A stretch of 64,000 bases of DNA from positions 26,940 through 90,939 of the forward strand of contig JAZDPL010000038.1 of NCBI GenBank assembly GCA_043797665.1. Direction: 5' to 3'. The stretch comes from Candidatus Omnitrophota bacterium. Lineage in GTDB: Bacteria > Ratteibacteria > UBA8468 > MWAK01. How positions within the stretch are numbered: the first letter of the stretch is position 1; the number at the start of each line of letters is the position of its first letter. Shown here one piece after another: positions 1 through 8,777 of this stretch. The notes under the pieces were generated by a model. The model saw only the letters and a list, made by a program, of their open reading frames with translations, was not told the DNA's origin and did not search any database. Made by a program: the position numbers and the translations under genes.

Positions 1-22
1 AAAAGATTATGGAACAAATTAC

Positions 23-73
23 GTAGGGGTCGGATTCATCCGACCCGCGGGCGCCATGAATGGCGCCCCTACA
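23..73. repeat. Family-A palindromic repeat element (GTAGGGG-hairpin-GCGGGC-hairpin-CCCCTAC), copy 1
   Basis: Sequence gtaggggtcggattcatccgacccgcgggcgccatgaatggcgcccctac. It has two adjacent stem-loops bracketed by the inverted repeat GTAGGGG/CCCCTAC. The same architecture recurs at 5911, 20749, 39523, 46353 and 55335. Confidence 0.7.
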
Positions 74-113
74 GATGAAGATAACAAACTTACTAAACAT
101 TAGAGAAACCGGG

Positions 114-3100
114 ATGAAAAAACTCCAGCCGGATAAACCGTATATTGCGGTGGGAATGGGAACCTGCGGTATTGGCAACGGAGCCGATGAGGTTTACCGG
201 GCTTTCGCTGAAATACTGGCAAAAAATAAACCGGATATCATTCTCAAGAAAGCAGGATGTTTTGGGTTCTGCGCCGAAGAACCCCTGGTGAATCTTTATC
301 GGCCGGGTAAACCGCTCCTTATTCTCAACCGGGTTCTACCACAGGATGCAGAAAAGATTATGAAAAACATTACCACCGCAAATCCTGCCCCCTTAAAACC
401 TCTCTGCAAAATTGAAGAGTGGGACCATTTAACCGGAACGGTTATCCATTACGGCAAAGGGCTTACCGAGGTGCCTGAATGGAACAAACTTCCTTTCTAC
501 AACGGGCAGAAGAAGGTTGTCCTGAGAAACTGCGGTCTGATTAACCCGGAAGATATTGAAGAATACATTGCGGTGGGCGGTTATCACGCTCTGGTGAAGG
601 TTCTCCAGGGATATTCTCCGGAAAAGATAATTGCCGAGTTGAAAACTGCCAAACTGCGGGGCCGGGGAGGAGCCGGATTTCCTACCTGGAGAAAGTGGGA
701 TTTTCTGAGACAGGCAAAGACAGACGAGAAATACATTATCTGCAACGCTGATGAAGGTGACCCGGGTGCTTATATGAACCGCAACGAGATGGAAAGCGAC
801 CCCCATATGCTCCTGGAAGGGATGCTCATCGGTGCCTATACCATGGGTGCAAACGAAGGTGTTATCTATGTCCGGGCTGAGTACCCTTTGGCGGTGAAAC
901 GGCTGAAGACCGCCATCCGGCAGGCGAAAGATTACGGCTTATTAGGGGACAACATCCTGAATTCCGGTTTTAACTTTCAGATACACATTGTAGAGGGTGC
1001 GGGTGCTTTTGTCTGCGGTGAAGAAACCGCTTTGATTGAATCAATTGAAGGCAAAGCGGGAAGACCCAGACCCAGACCGCCTTTCCCGGCGGAAAAAGGT
1101 TTCCGCGGAAAACCCACCAATATCAACAACGTGGAAACCTGGTGTAATATCCCGGTCATTGTTTTGAAGGGCGGTTCGTGGTTTGCCGAAACGGGGACAG
1201 AGAACAGCGCCGGTACAAAGGTCTTCTCGCTGGTCGGTAAAGTAAAAAATACCGGACTGGTAGAATTACCTTTAGGGACCCGATTAGAAACCATCGTCTA
1301 TCAAATCGGAGAAGGCAACAGCGGGGACCGGAAGATTAAAGCGATTCAGATCGGCGGACCATCAGGCGGATGTATCCCCAAAGAACTCTTTGCTACCCCG
1401 GTGGACTATGAGTCTCTGACCGCCCTGGGTGCCATCATGGGTTCCGGCGGAATGGTGGTTATGGACGAAGACAACTGCATGGTTGACATCGCAAAGTATT
1501 TCACCGAATTCACCTCTGCGGAATCCTGCGGAAAGTGCGTGCCGTGCCGGGAGGGCCTGTACCAATCCTTAAAGATTTTACAAGCCACCACCAGAGGTGA
1601 ATCTGACGAAAGAGACCTGGCAGAACTGGAACTTCTGGGAAAGGTTATCAAAAATACCGCACTTTGCGGATTGGGTCAGACCGGACCAAATCCGGTCATT
1701 ACCACGCTCAAATACTTCCGGAATGAGTACGAAGAACACATCTTGGAAAAAAGATGCCTTGCCGGTATCTGTGAAAGTCTTTTCCTTTCTCCCTGCGAAA
1801 ACAGCTGTCCCCTTCACATAAATATCCCCGGATATTTACAATTACTTAAAGAAAACCGTATTGATGATGCCTATGAACTTCTCCTCCGTGACAACCCCCT
1901 GCCCGCCACAACCGGAAGAATTTGTTATCATCCCTGCGAGAATAGATGCCGAAGAATTGATATTGATACCGCGGTGGGAATGAGAGAAGTACACCGTTAT
2001 ATCGCTGATACCATCTACCAGAAAAAAAATGAGGTACCCATTTTAAAAAGGCTTCGGGAAGAAAAATTACCTCCCACCGGGAAAAAAGTCGGTATCGTTG
2101 GTGCCGGACCTGCGGGTCTGACCGCGGGTTTTTATCTGACAAGGTTAGGCCATGAAGTAACTATCTACGAATCTGAAAGTGAAGCAGGCGGGATGTTAAG
2201 ATACACCATACCCGAATACCGGCTTCCCAAATCGGTATTAAAAAAAGAATACCGGTTGATAAAAGATCTGGGGGTACGTTTTCTCTTCAATACGCGCATC
2301 GGTGAAGATAAGCCCCTGGACAAATTGGTTGAGGAATACGATGCGGTCTTCCTTGCCACCGGCGCCCACAAAGAGATATCCCTAGAGATTCCGGGTGAAG
2401 ATTTGAAAGGGGTGCTTTCCGGCACCGGGTTCCTGAAAGATATCGCGAACAACCGGATGCGGAAGGTCGGCAAGCAGGTCCTGGTGGTGGGCGGCGGAAA
2501 TGTGGCGATAGATACCGCCCGTTCTGCCCTTCGTTCCGGTGCCCGGGTATCCATCGTCTACCGAAGGGAAAAAGAGGACATGCCCGCCTACAGGGAAGAA
2601 ATCAAGGAAGCCGAATTGGAGGGGGTCAAATTCGTATTTCTGGCGGCACCCAGGGCGGCCAGGGGTGATACAAACGGAAGAGTCAAGGGGTTAGAAGTTA
2701 CGAAAATGAAGCCCGGGGGATTTGATTCCTCAGGTCGCCGAAGACCGGTTCCCACTAATGAAACCTTCATAATACCCTGTGATACGGTAATCGTGGCGAT
2801 TGGAGAAAGAGCAGAGCCGGGATTTATTAAAGACCTTGAGGTAAACAGATTCACCCTCCAGACCGGTAATCCCAAAGTCTATGCCGGAGGGGACCTTGTT
2901 ACCGGACCAGCCACCGCAGTGGAAGCGATGGCTGCGGGTAAGAGGTCGGCTGAATCTATTGATTTTCTTTTAACCGGCAAACATAGATTTTCTAAATTAT
3001 TCTCCGAATTCCGATATCAAAAGACTGCTCCGGCTGAACCGGAAGGTGGAAAAAGGAGTTCCATGAAGATATCCCCGGTGAAAGTTAGAAGAGAAGACTT

Positions 3101-3188
3101 CCGGGAAGTTACCTCAGGACTCTCCCAGAAAAAAGCTTGTGCTGAGGCGGTTCGGTGTCTCCGGTGCGATGTAAAAGAAAAAGAATGA
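114..3188 (+). CDS. NAD(P)H-dependent formate dehydrogenase diaphorase/beta subunit (NuoE-like 2Fe-2S + NuoF FMN/4Fe-4S + GltD-like FAD/NAD(P) domain fusion)
   Basis: N-terminal thioredoxin-like Cys motifs (GTCGIGNGA...GCFGFC). NuoF hallmarks GRGGAGFPT and ESCGKCVPCREG. Then Cys clusters CxxxC...CENSC and CYHPCENRC, and a Rossmann motif GKKVGIVGAGPAGLTAG typical of glutamate-synthase small-subunit-like domains. The ORF track starts at 60 inside the repeat; ATG 114 (MKKLQPDKPY) is the likelier start. Confidence 0.8.
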   Translation: MKKLQPDKPYIAVGMGTCGIGNGADEVYRAFAEILAKNKPDIILKKAGCFGFCAEEPLVNLYRPGKPLLILNRVLPQDAEKIMKNITTANPAPLKPLCKIEEWDHLTGTVIHYGKGLTEVPEWNKLPFYNGQKKVVLRNCGLINPEDIEEYIAVGGYHALVKVLQGYSPEKIIAELKTAKLRGRGGAGFPTWRKWDFLRQAKTDEKYIICNADEGDPGAYMNRNEMESDPHMLLEGMLIGAYTMGANEGVIYVRAEYPLAVKRLKTAIRQAKDYGLLGDNILNSGFNFQIHIVEGAGAFVCGEETALIESIEGKAGRPRPRPPFPAEKGFRGKPTNINNVETWCNIPVIVLKGGSWFAETGTENSAGTKVFSLVGKVKNTGLVELPLGTRLETIVYQIGEGNSGDRKIKAIQIGGPSGGCIPKELFATPVDYESLTALGAIMGSGGMVVMDEDNCMVDIAKYFTEFTSAESCGKCVPCREGLYQSLKILQATTRGESDERDLAELELLGKVIKNTALCGLGQTGPNPVITTLKYFRNEYEEHILEKRCLAGICESLFLSPCENSCPLHINIPGYLQLLKENRIDDAYELLLRDNPLPATTGRICYHPCENRCRRIDIDTAVGMREVHRYIADTIYQKKNEVPILKRLREEKLPPTGKKVGIVGAGPAGLTAGFYLTRLGHEVTIYESESEAGGMLRYTIPEYRLPKSVLKKEYRLIKDLGVRFLFNTRIGEDKPLDKLVEEYDAVFLATGAHKEISLEIPGEDLKGVLSGTGFLKDIANNRMRKVGKQVLVVGGGNVAIDTARSALRSGARVSIVYRREKEDMPAYREEIKEAELEGVKFVFLAAPRAARGDTNGRVKGLEVTKMKPGGFDSSGRRRPVPTNETFIIPCDTVIVAIGERAEPGFIKDLEVNRFTLQTGNPKVYAGGDLVTGPATAVEAMAAGKRSAESIDFLLTGKHRFSKLFSEFRYQKTAPAEPEGGKRSSMKISPVKVRREDFREVTSGLSQKKACAEAVRCLRCDVKEKE

Positions 3189-5899
3189 AGAACGTAAAGG
3201 TTACGGTTGACGGAAAATGTCTGGAAGTACCGGAGGGGGTAACGATACTTTCTGCCTGCGAAAGCAATCGCATCTCCATCCCGACGCTTTGCTTTTTAGA
3301 AGGTATCAGCGAAGAAGCATCCTGTTCCCTGTGTGTGGTGGAAGTAACCGGAGCAAAAACGCTGTTACGTGCCTGCGTCACCAGAGTGACCGAAGGAATG
3401 GAAATATTTACCGGTACCCCTTCGGTGGAAGAGGCACAGAGGATAAACCTGGAACTCATCCTTGGCAAGCACCCCTTAGATTGTATGACCTGCGAAAAGG
3501 ATGGTGGATGCCAGCTCCAGGATTTAGCCTACCGGTTTGGCATCAAGACCAGCCGGTTTCTTTCTCCGGAATATCTCTTTGTAAAACAAGAGGAAAATCC
3601 CTGGAGTACCAATCCTTTCATTCAGTTTACTCCGGAAAAATGTATCCAGTGCGGCCGGTGTGTCAATGCCTGCAAGAACCAGGCGGTTATAGAGTCTATC
3701 TCTTTCGCAGGCCGGGGACAAAAAGTACGCGTTACCCCTCCATCCTCGATACCATTAGAAAAGACACCCTGTCAGTTTTGCGGAGAATGTCTCCAGGCGT
3801 GCCCTACCGGCGCCTTAATTGAAAAGACGCGGCTCAGGCAGGGGAAGATTAAAGATTTCCTCCCCACCAACACCATCTGCGCCTACTGTGGGGTGGGCTG
3901 TAACATCACCATTTACCGGGACAAGGCTAACCGTCTGGTGATGGCCGAAGGCGTTACCGGCGATACCGTTAATAACGGAAGGCTTTGCGTTAAAGGAAGG
4001 TACGGACATGAGTATAGCCAGAGTTCTGACCGGCTTACTACCCCGCTCATTAAAGAAAACGGAAAGTTCCGGACCGCAGGATGGGAAGAAGCAATTCGTC
4101 TTACCGCCGCAAAGTTGAAAGAAATAAAGGAAAAATACGGACCGGAAGCAATAGGTGTCCTGGGTTCTTCCCGGTGTACCAATGAGGATAATTACCTTTT
4201 ACAGAAATTTGCCCGCGCCGTACTGGGTACCAACAACATAGATAATTGCGCCAGGCTGTGCCACGCCTCAACCGTGGTGGGATTAGGTATGGCTTTCGGC
4301 GCCGGTGCGGCGACCAGCTCCTGTGAGGAAATAAAAGACTCTGACGTAATCTTCCTTATCGGGTCTAATATGACTGAAGCCCATCCGGTCATCGCCCAGA
4401 TGGTTAAAGAACAACAGAGAAAAAAACAGGCAAAATTAGTGGTATGTGACCCCAGATACATTGATATCGCCAAGGAGGCAGACCTCTACCTCCAGCAATA
4501 TCCTGGAACTGACGTGGCGCTGATAAACGGCATAATGAAAGTAATCCTGGAGCAAGGCCTGGAAAACAAAGGGTTTATTCAACAGCACACCGAAGGATAC
4601 GAAGAATTTAAAAAAGAGTCTGCCGGATATGACCTGGAGATGGTGAGTAAAATTACCGGCGTTAAACCGGAATTGATAAAGCAGGCAGCGGAAATCTACG
4701 GAAGGGCAAAAAGGGCGATGCTTTTCTACACCATGGGCATAACCCAGCATACCACCGGAGTGGATAACGTCTTAAGTACTGCTAATTTAGTATTAATAAC
4801 CGGCAACGTGGGGAAAAGGGGTGCGGGACTGATGCCTCTGCGGGGACAGGGAAACGTTCAGGGCGCCTGCGATATGGGTGTACTCCCGGACGTATTTACC
4901 GGTTACCAGAAGGTTACTGACCCTGATGCCCGCCATAAGTTTGAAACGGAATGGGGTGTCCCACTCCCGGATAAGCCCGGCATTCCGGTCACCCTCTTTT
5001 CGGAGAAGGCTCTTCAGGGGACATTAAAAGCGGTTTACATAATGGGAGAAAATCCGCTGATGACCGAACCGGATGTCCGCCACGTAAAAAAAGGTTTTGA
5101 AAAACTGGAGTTCCTGGCAGTCCAGGATATCTTCCTTTCGGAAACCGCACAGATGGCAGACGTGGTCTTCCCGGCTGCCTCCACCTACGAAAAAGATGGT
5201 ACCTTTACCAATACGGAAAGAAGGGTCCAGTTCCTCCGGTCCGCTAAAGAAAAACCCGGACACACAAAATTTGACTGGGAAATCGTGCGTGAAGTTGCCT
5301 CGGCAATGGGATACAGGATGGAATATACCGGTAGTGCGGAAATTATGGAAGAGATCGCCAGGATGACCCCTTCCTACGCCGGTATCTCCCACGAACGATT
5401 GAAAAAAGGCAGTCTCCAGTGGCCCTGTCCGGATAAAGACCACCCCGGAACACTCTTTCTTCATAAGGACGGCTATTTCAAAAGACCAGGTGGAAAAGGT
5501 CTGCTATCACCGGTAGCCTATAAACCAGCACAGGAACTGCCGGATGAGGAGTATCCTTTCATCCTGACCACCGGAAGGATTCTTTACCATTACCACTCCG
5601 GACAGGAGACCCGAAGGGTAAAGGTACTGGATGATTTCGTTCCAAAAAACTACGTGGAGGTTAACCCTGAGGATGCGGCAAAAACCGGGATAAAAGACGG
5701 GGATATGGTCAGAGTTTCCACCCGAAGAGGTAGTATTTCGTTAACCGCAAGGATATCGGACCGGCCCAAACCCTGCGTAATTTTTATCTCCTTCCTCTTC
5801 CGGGAAACCAACGTGAACCTTCTGACCAACCCGGCCCTGGACCCTTTAGCCAAGATTCCGGAATATAAAGTCTGTGCGGCAAGAATAGAAGTGTGTTAA
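3185..5899 (+). CDS. fdhA: Formate dehydrogenase catalytic (alpha) subunit, molybdo/tungstopterin bis-PGD enzyme with N-terminal 2Fe-2S and 4Fe-4S domains, Cys-type (no selenocysteine)
   Basis: N-terminal NuoG-like ferredoxin domains (CIQCGRCVNAC, CQFCGECLQACP) and Mo-bisPGD 4Fe-4S motif CAYCGVGC. The active-site region ARLCHASTV carries Cys where FDH-H has Sec, and there is no in-frame TGA. ATG 3185 overlaps the upstream stop (ATGA). Confidence 0.8.
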   Translation: MKNVKVTVDGKCLEVPEGVTILSACESNRISIPTLCFLEGISEEASCSLCVVEVTGAKTLLRACVTRVTEGMEIFTGTPSVEEAQRINLELILGKHPLDCMTCEKDGGCQLQDLAYRFGIKTSRFLSPEYLFVKQEENPWSTNPFIQFTPEKCIQCGRCVNACKNQAVIESISFAGRGQKVRVTPPSSIPLEKTPCQFCGECLQACPTGALIEKTRLRQGKIKDFLPTNTICAYCGVGCNITIYRDKANRLVMAEGVTGDTVNNGRLCVKGRYGHEYSQSSDRLTTPLIKENGKFRTAGWEEAIRLTAAKLKEIKEKYGPEAIGVLGSSRCTNEDNYLLQKFARAVLGTNNIDNCARLCHASTVVGLGMAFGAGAATSSCEEIKDSDVIFLIGSNMTEAHPVIAQMVKEQQRKKQAKLVVCDPRYIDIAKEADLYLQQYPGTDVALINGIMKVILEQGLENKGFIQQHTEGYEEFKKESAGYDLEMVSKITGVKPELIKQAAEIYGRAKRAMLFYTMGITQHTTGVDNVLSTANLVLITGNVGKRGAGLMPLRGQGNVQGACDMGVLPDVFTGYQKVTDPDARHKFETEWGVPLPDKPGIPVTLFSEKALQGTLKAVYIMGENPLMTEPDVRHVKKGFEKLEFLAVQDIFLSETAQMADVVFPAASTYEKDGTFTNTERRVQFLRSAKEKPGHTKFDWEIVREVASAMGYRMEYTGSAEIMEEIARMTPSYAGISHERLKKGSLQWPCPDKDHPGTLFLHKDGYFKRPGGKGLLSPVAYKPAQELPDEEYPFILTTGRILYHYHSGQETRRVKVLDDFVPKNYVEVNPEDAAKTGIKDGDMVRVSTRRGSISLTARISDRPKPCVIFISFLFRETNVNLLTNPALDPLAKIPEYKVCAARIEVC

Positions 5900-5910
5900 T
5901 ACAAAAAAAA

Positions 5911-5960
5911 GTAGGGGTTTGATTTATCAAACCCGCGGGTCGGATAAATCCGACCCCTAC
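5911..5960. repeat. Family-A palindromic repeat element, copy 2 (inverted orientation)
   Basis: Sequence gtaggggtttgatttatcaaacccgcgggtcggataaatccgacccctac. It is the reverse-complement arrangement of the two hairpins seen at 20749. Confidence 0.7.
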
Positions 5961-5969
5961 AACCTCCTG

Positions 5970-6734
5970 ATGGAAAGGGTAAATATCGTTGTTATTTCTG
6001 AAGGAATACGCCGAACCCAGACCGATTTTGTAACCGCAGAAGTTCCTCTTACCCTTGAGGTCAATCAGAAAGAGATGGTAACCCTGTTATGCAGTCCCAT
6101 AAACTTAAAAGAGCTGGCACTGGGGTTCCTTTACACCTCAGGATTTATCCGGAAGACCGCAGACCTCAAAAAGATAATTATTGACCAACAACGATGGAAA
6201 GCAGACGTAGAAATAGACCCTTCACTTTTCCCGGAAAAATTGCTCTTCAAGCGACTCTACACTTCAGGATGCGGCAAGGGAATCATCTTTTATAATCCGC
6301 TTACTTCCATTCACCGCCGGCTCTCTTCAAAATCCACCTTTCCCGGTAAGAATATCATAGAACTAATGAAAAAATTTCAGAAAAGTTCTCCGGAATTCAA
6401 ACAAACCGGAGGCGTCCACAGTGCCGCATTGTGTGACCGGGAGAAAATACTGGTTCTGGCAGACGATATTGGCCGACATAATGCTCTGGATAAAGTTATC
6501 GGCAAAGCGCTCTTAAGTACCATCCATTTTGAAGACAAAATGACTCTTATCACCGGCCGGATTTCTTCGGAAATCTTATTCAAAATTCAGCACTGCGGAA
6601 TTCCGGCCATAGCGTCAAGCAGCGCCCCTACCGACCAGGCGGTTAAATTAGCAAAAAAAGCCGATATCACTCTGGTTGGATTCGTAAGAGGCAACCGCCT
6701 GAACGTTTACAGCGGCGAAAAACGGATAACGTAA
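5970..6734 (+). CDS. fdhD: Formate dehydrogenase accessory sulfurtransferase FdhD
   Basis: FdhD/NarQ-family sequence (GGVHSAAL..., conserved Cys in SGCGKG) directly downstream of fdhA. The track start 5919 lies inside the repeat element, and the same peptide 'IYQxRGSDKSDPY' is generated by the repeat copy at 39520 on the other strand. ATG 5970 (MERVNIV) is therefore preferred. Confidence 0.7.
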   Translation: MERVNIVVISEGIRRTQTDFVTAEVPLTLEVNQKEMVTLLCSPINLKELALGFLYTSGFIRKTADLKKIIIDQQRWKADVEIDPSLFPEKLLFKRLYTSGCGKGIIFYNPLTSIHRRLSSKSTFPGKNIIELMKKFQKSSPEFKQTGGVHSAALCDREKILVLADDIGRHNALDKVIGKALLSTIHFEDKMTLITGRISSEILFKIQHCGIPAIASSSAPTDQAVKLAKKADITLVGFVRGNRLNVYSGEKRIT

Positions 6735-6740
6735 CGGATT

Positions 6741-8012
6741 ATGGCTGACAAAACCAGGGCAGGTAATAAAGGAGGGTTTGGCAAATTGGTCTCCCTGCAG
6801 GAAGCCAGAGAAATAATTACGGCCCGGATAAAGATACTTCCTAACCGGAAAGTTATGTTAAGCAGGGCTCTGGGCAGAGTCTTAGCTGCCGATATTCTGG
6901 CACCGATTGATGTTCCCCATTTTGCCAAGTCCGCTATGGACGGTTATGCGGTTATCGCTTCGGAGACCTTCTCCGCCACCAACGTCAGACCAAAACACTT
7001 CACCTTAGCCGGAAGGGTATTCCCGGGACAAACCTTTTCCAAACGGATAGCCCGAGGCCTGCCCCTGCGTGGGGTAGGCAGGGGTCAATGCGTGGAAATT
7101 GCTACCGGCGCTCCCCTGCCGGAAGGAACCGATGCGGTGGTAATGGTAGAGTATACGGAAAGAGTATCCGACAAGGTGATAATGTATAAATCGGTCGCAC
7201 CCGGTGAGAATGTTATCAAAACCGGTTCAGATATAAAGAAAGGAGACCGTGTCCTCTCCAAAGGAACCCGCCTGTCGCCGCGTTTCACCGGACTCCTTTC
7301 CGCTCTGGGTATTTCCAGCGTTCCGGTCAAGGAGAAACCAAAAGTGGCGGTCTTCGCTACCGGCAATGAAGTTATCAAGCCGCCCGCAAAGATTAAAAAA
7401 GCGCAGATATACGATATCAACTCAAGAGCAATTATTGACGCGCTCCTTCAAGAAAACTGTTCGGTTTTTGATCTGGGAATTGCCAGAGACAATCGGGAGG
7501 AAATAAAGAAGAAAATCATCCGGGGAATTGAAAAATCTGACCTGGTACTCCTCTCCGGAAGTTCTTCGTTAGGCGCGACTGATTTAGTGGCGGAAATTGT
7601 AAACGAAATGGGTGAAATTCTGATTCACGGAATTGCGGTTAAACCCGGTAAACCCACCGTCGTCGGTAAGATAAGGGACAAACTGGTCATCGGACTTCCC
7701 GGTCACCCGATGTCAGCCCTCTCTAACTTTTACATTCTCATTGTACCCCTGTTAAGAGGAATGCTGGAAAGCAAGGAACCGGCAAGAAGGTGTGTGCCGG
7801 CACGCCTGTCCCGAAAAGTTCCTTCAACCATCGGCCGATACGAATTTTTACCGGTCAGGATGGTCAAAAGCAACGGCAAACAATATGCGGAACCAATCCT
7901 TAAAGGTTCCAGCGCCATCACCACGCTCAGTGAAGCGGACGGCTTTGTGGAAATTGAAGAAAACGTTGAGGTAATAGAAAAAGGTAAACTGGTACAGGTA
8001 AACCTATTTTGA
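6741..8012 (+). CDS. moeA: Molybdopterin molybdenum/tungsten transferase MoeA
   Basis: MoeA N-terminal, MPT-binding and C-terminal domains; GLPGHP-type motif (VIGLPGHPMSA). Confidence 0.75.
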   Translation: MADKTRAGNKGGFGKLVSLQEAREIITARIKILPNRKVMLSRALGRVLAADILAPIDVPHFAKSAMDGYAVIASETFSATNVRPKHFTLAGRVFPGQTFSKRIARGLPLRGVGRGQCVEIATGAPLPEGTDAVVMVEYTERVSDKVIMYKSVAPGENVIKTGSDIKKGDRVLSKGTRLSPRFTGLLSALGISSVPVKEKPKVAVFATGNEVIKPPAKIKKAQIYDINSRAIIDALLQENCSVFDLGIARDNREEIKKKIIRGIEKSDLVLLSGSSSLGATDLVAEIVNEMGEILIHGIAVKPGKPTVVGKIRDKLVIGLPGHPMSALSNFYILIVPLLRGMLESKEPARRCVPARLSRKVPSTIGRYEFLPVRMVKSNGKQYAEPILKGSSAITTLSEADGFVEIEENVEVIEKGKLVQVNLF

Positions 8013-8027
8013 GGTAACGAAAAAACG

Positions 8028-8777
8028 ATGGTGGGAGAGATGCTTGTCCTGACGCTGCTTACGACGACCAGCGTCCAGGATTGCGGTTTGCTGGACAAGA
8101 TTTTGCCGAAGTTTGAAAAAAAGTTTCAGTGCCAGGTCAGGGTGGTTGCGGTTGGCTCCGGCGCTGCCTTCCGGTTAGGTAAGGACGGACAGGGTGACAT
8201 CCTCCTGGTCCATGAACCGGAAGGTGAACAGAACTTCCTTCGGGAAGGTTACGGTACCAAAAGATATCCGGTGATGAGTAACGAATTTATTCTGGTGGGA
8301 CCGAAGGAAAAAGAATTCAAAAAAAAGAACGATTTAATGGAAATTTTACGAGAGATTTGCGATTCCCAATGGAGGTTCGTTTCCCGGGGGGATAATTCCG
8401 GTACCCACCGGAGAGAACTGCAACTCTGGAAGAAAGCCGGGGTCAAACCAAAAGACTCCTGCTACTTAGAAACGGGCCAGGGAATGATTGAAACCTTAAG
8501 GGTAGCCAACGAAAAAGGAGCGCTCGCCTTGACCGACAACGCTACTTTTTTCCGGCACCAGGATGAACTGAAAAATCTAAAGGTCTATTATATGGGAGGA
8601 CAGGAACTGATTAACCGATACAGTTTGATTCCCGTCTCTCCGGAAAAATTCCCCAAGGCTAATCATAAATTGGCTTTAAAACTGGTGGAATATTTCTTGA
8701 GTTCAGAGGTTCAAAATTATATCAAAACTTTCGGCAGTGAGTGGGGTTACCAAATCTTTAAACCCGGCGTAAAATGA
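8028..8777 (+). CDS. tupA: Tungstate/molybdate ABC transporter periplasmic substrate-binding protein (TupA/WtpA-like)
   Basis: PBP-fold binding protein of about 250 aa with an N-terminal hydrophobic segment. It resembles the TupA family and sits in the Moco/FDH context next to permease and ATPase genes (16353-17664). Its stop TGA overlaps the ATG of the island helicase (ATGA). Confidence 0.6.
   Translation: MVGEMLVLTLLTTTSVQDCGLLDKILPKFEKKFQCQVRVVAVGSGAAFRLGKDGQGDILLVHEPEGEQNFLREGYGTKRYPVMSNEFILVGPKEKEFKKKNDLMEILREICDSQWRFVSRGDNSGTHRRELQLWKKAGVKPKDSCYLETGQGMIETLRVANEKGALALTDNATFFRHQDELKNLKVYYMGGQELINRYSLIPVSPEKFPKANHKLALKLVEYFLSSEVQNYIKTFGSEWGYQIFKPGVK

Noticed and set aside
3217-3822. 201-aa ORF in an alternative frame overlapping the start of fdhA
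   Set aside because: It lies entirely inside the well-supported FdhA reading frame. It has no motifs, is Arg/Ser-rich and low-complexity, typical of an out-of-frame GC-rich artefact.
4240-4290. Possible selenocysteine (in-frame TGA) at the FdhA active site
   Set aside because: The reading frame is uninterrupted and the corresponding residue is Cys (ARLCHASTV). No SECIS-like hairpin is needed. This is a Cys-type FDH.
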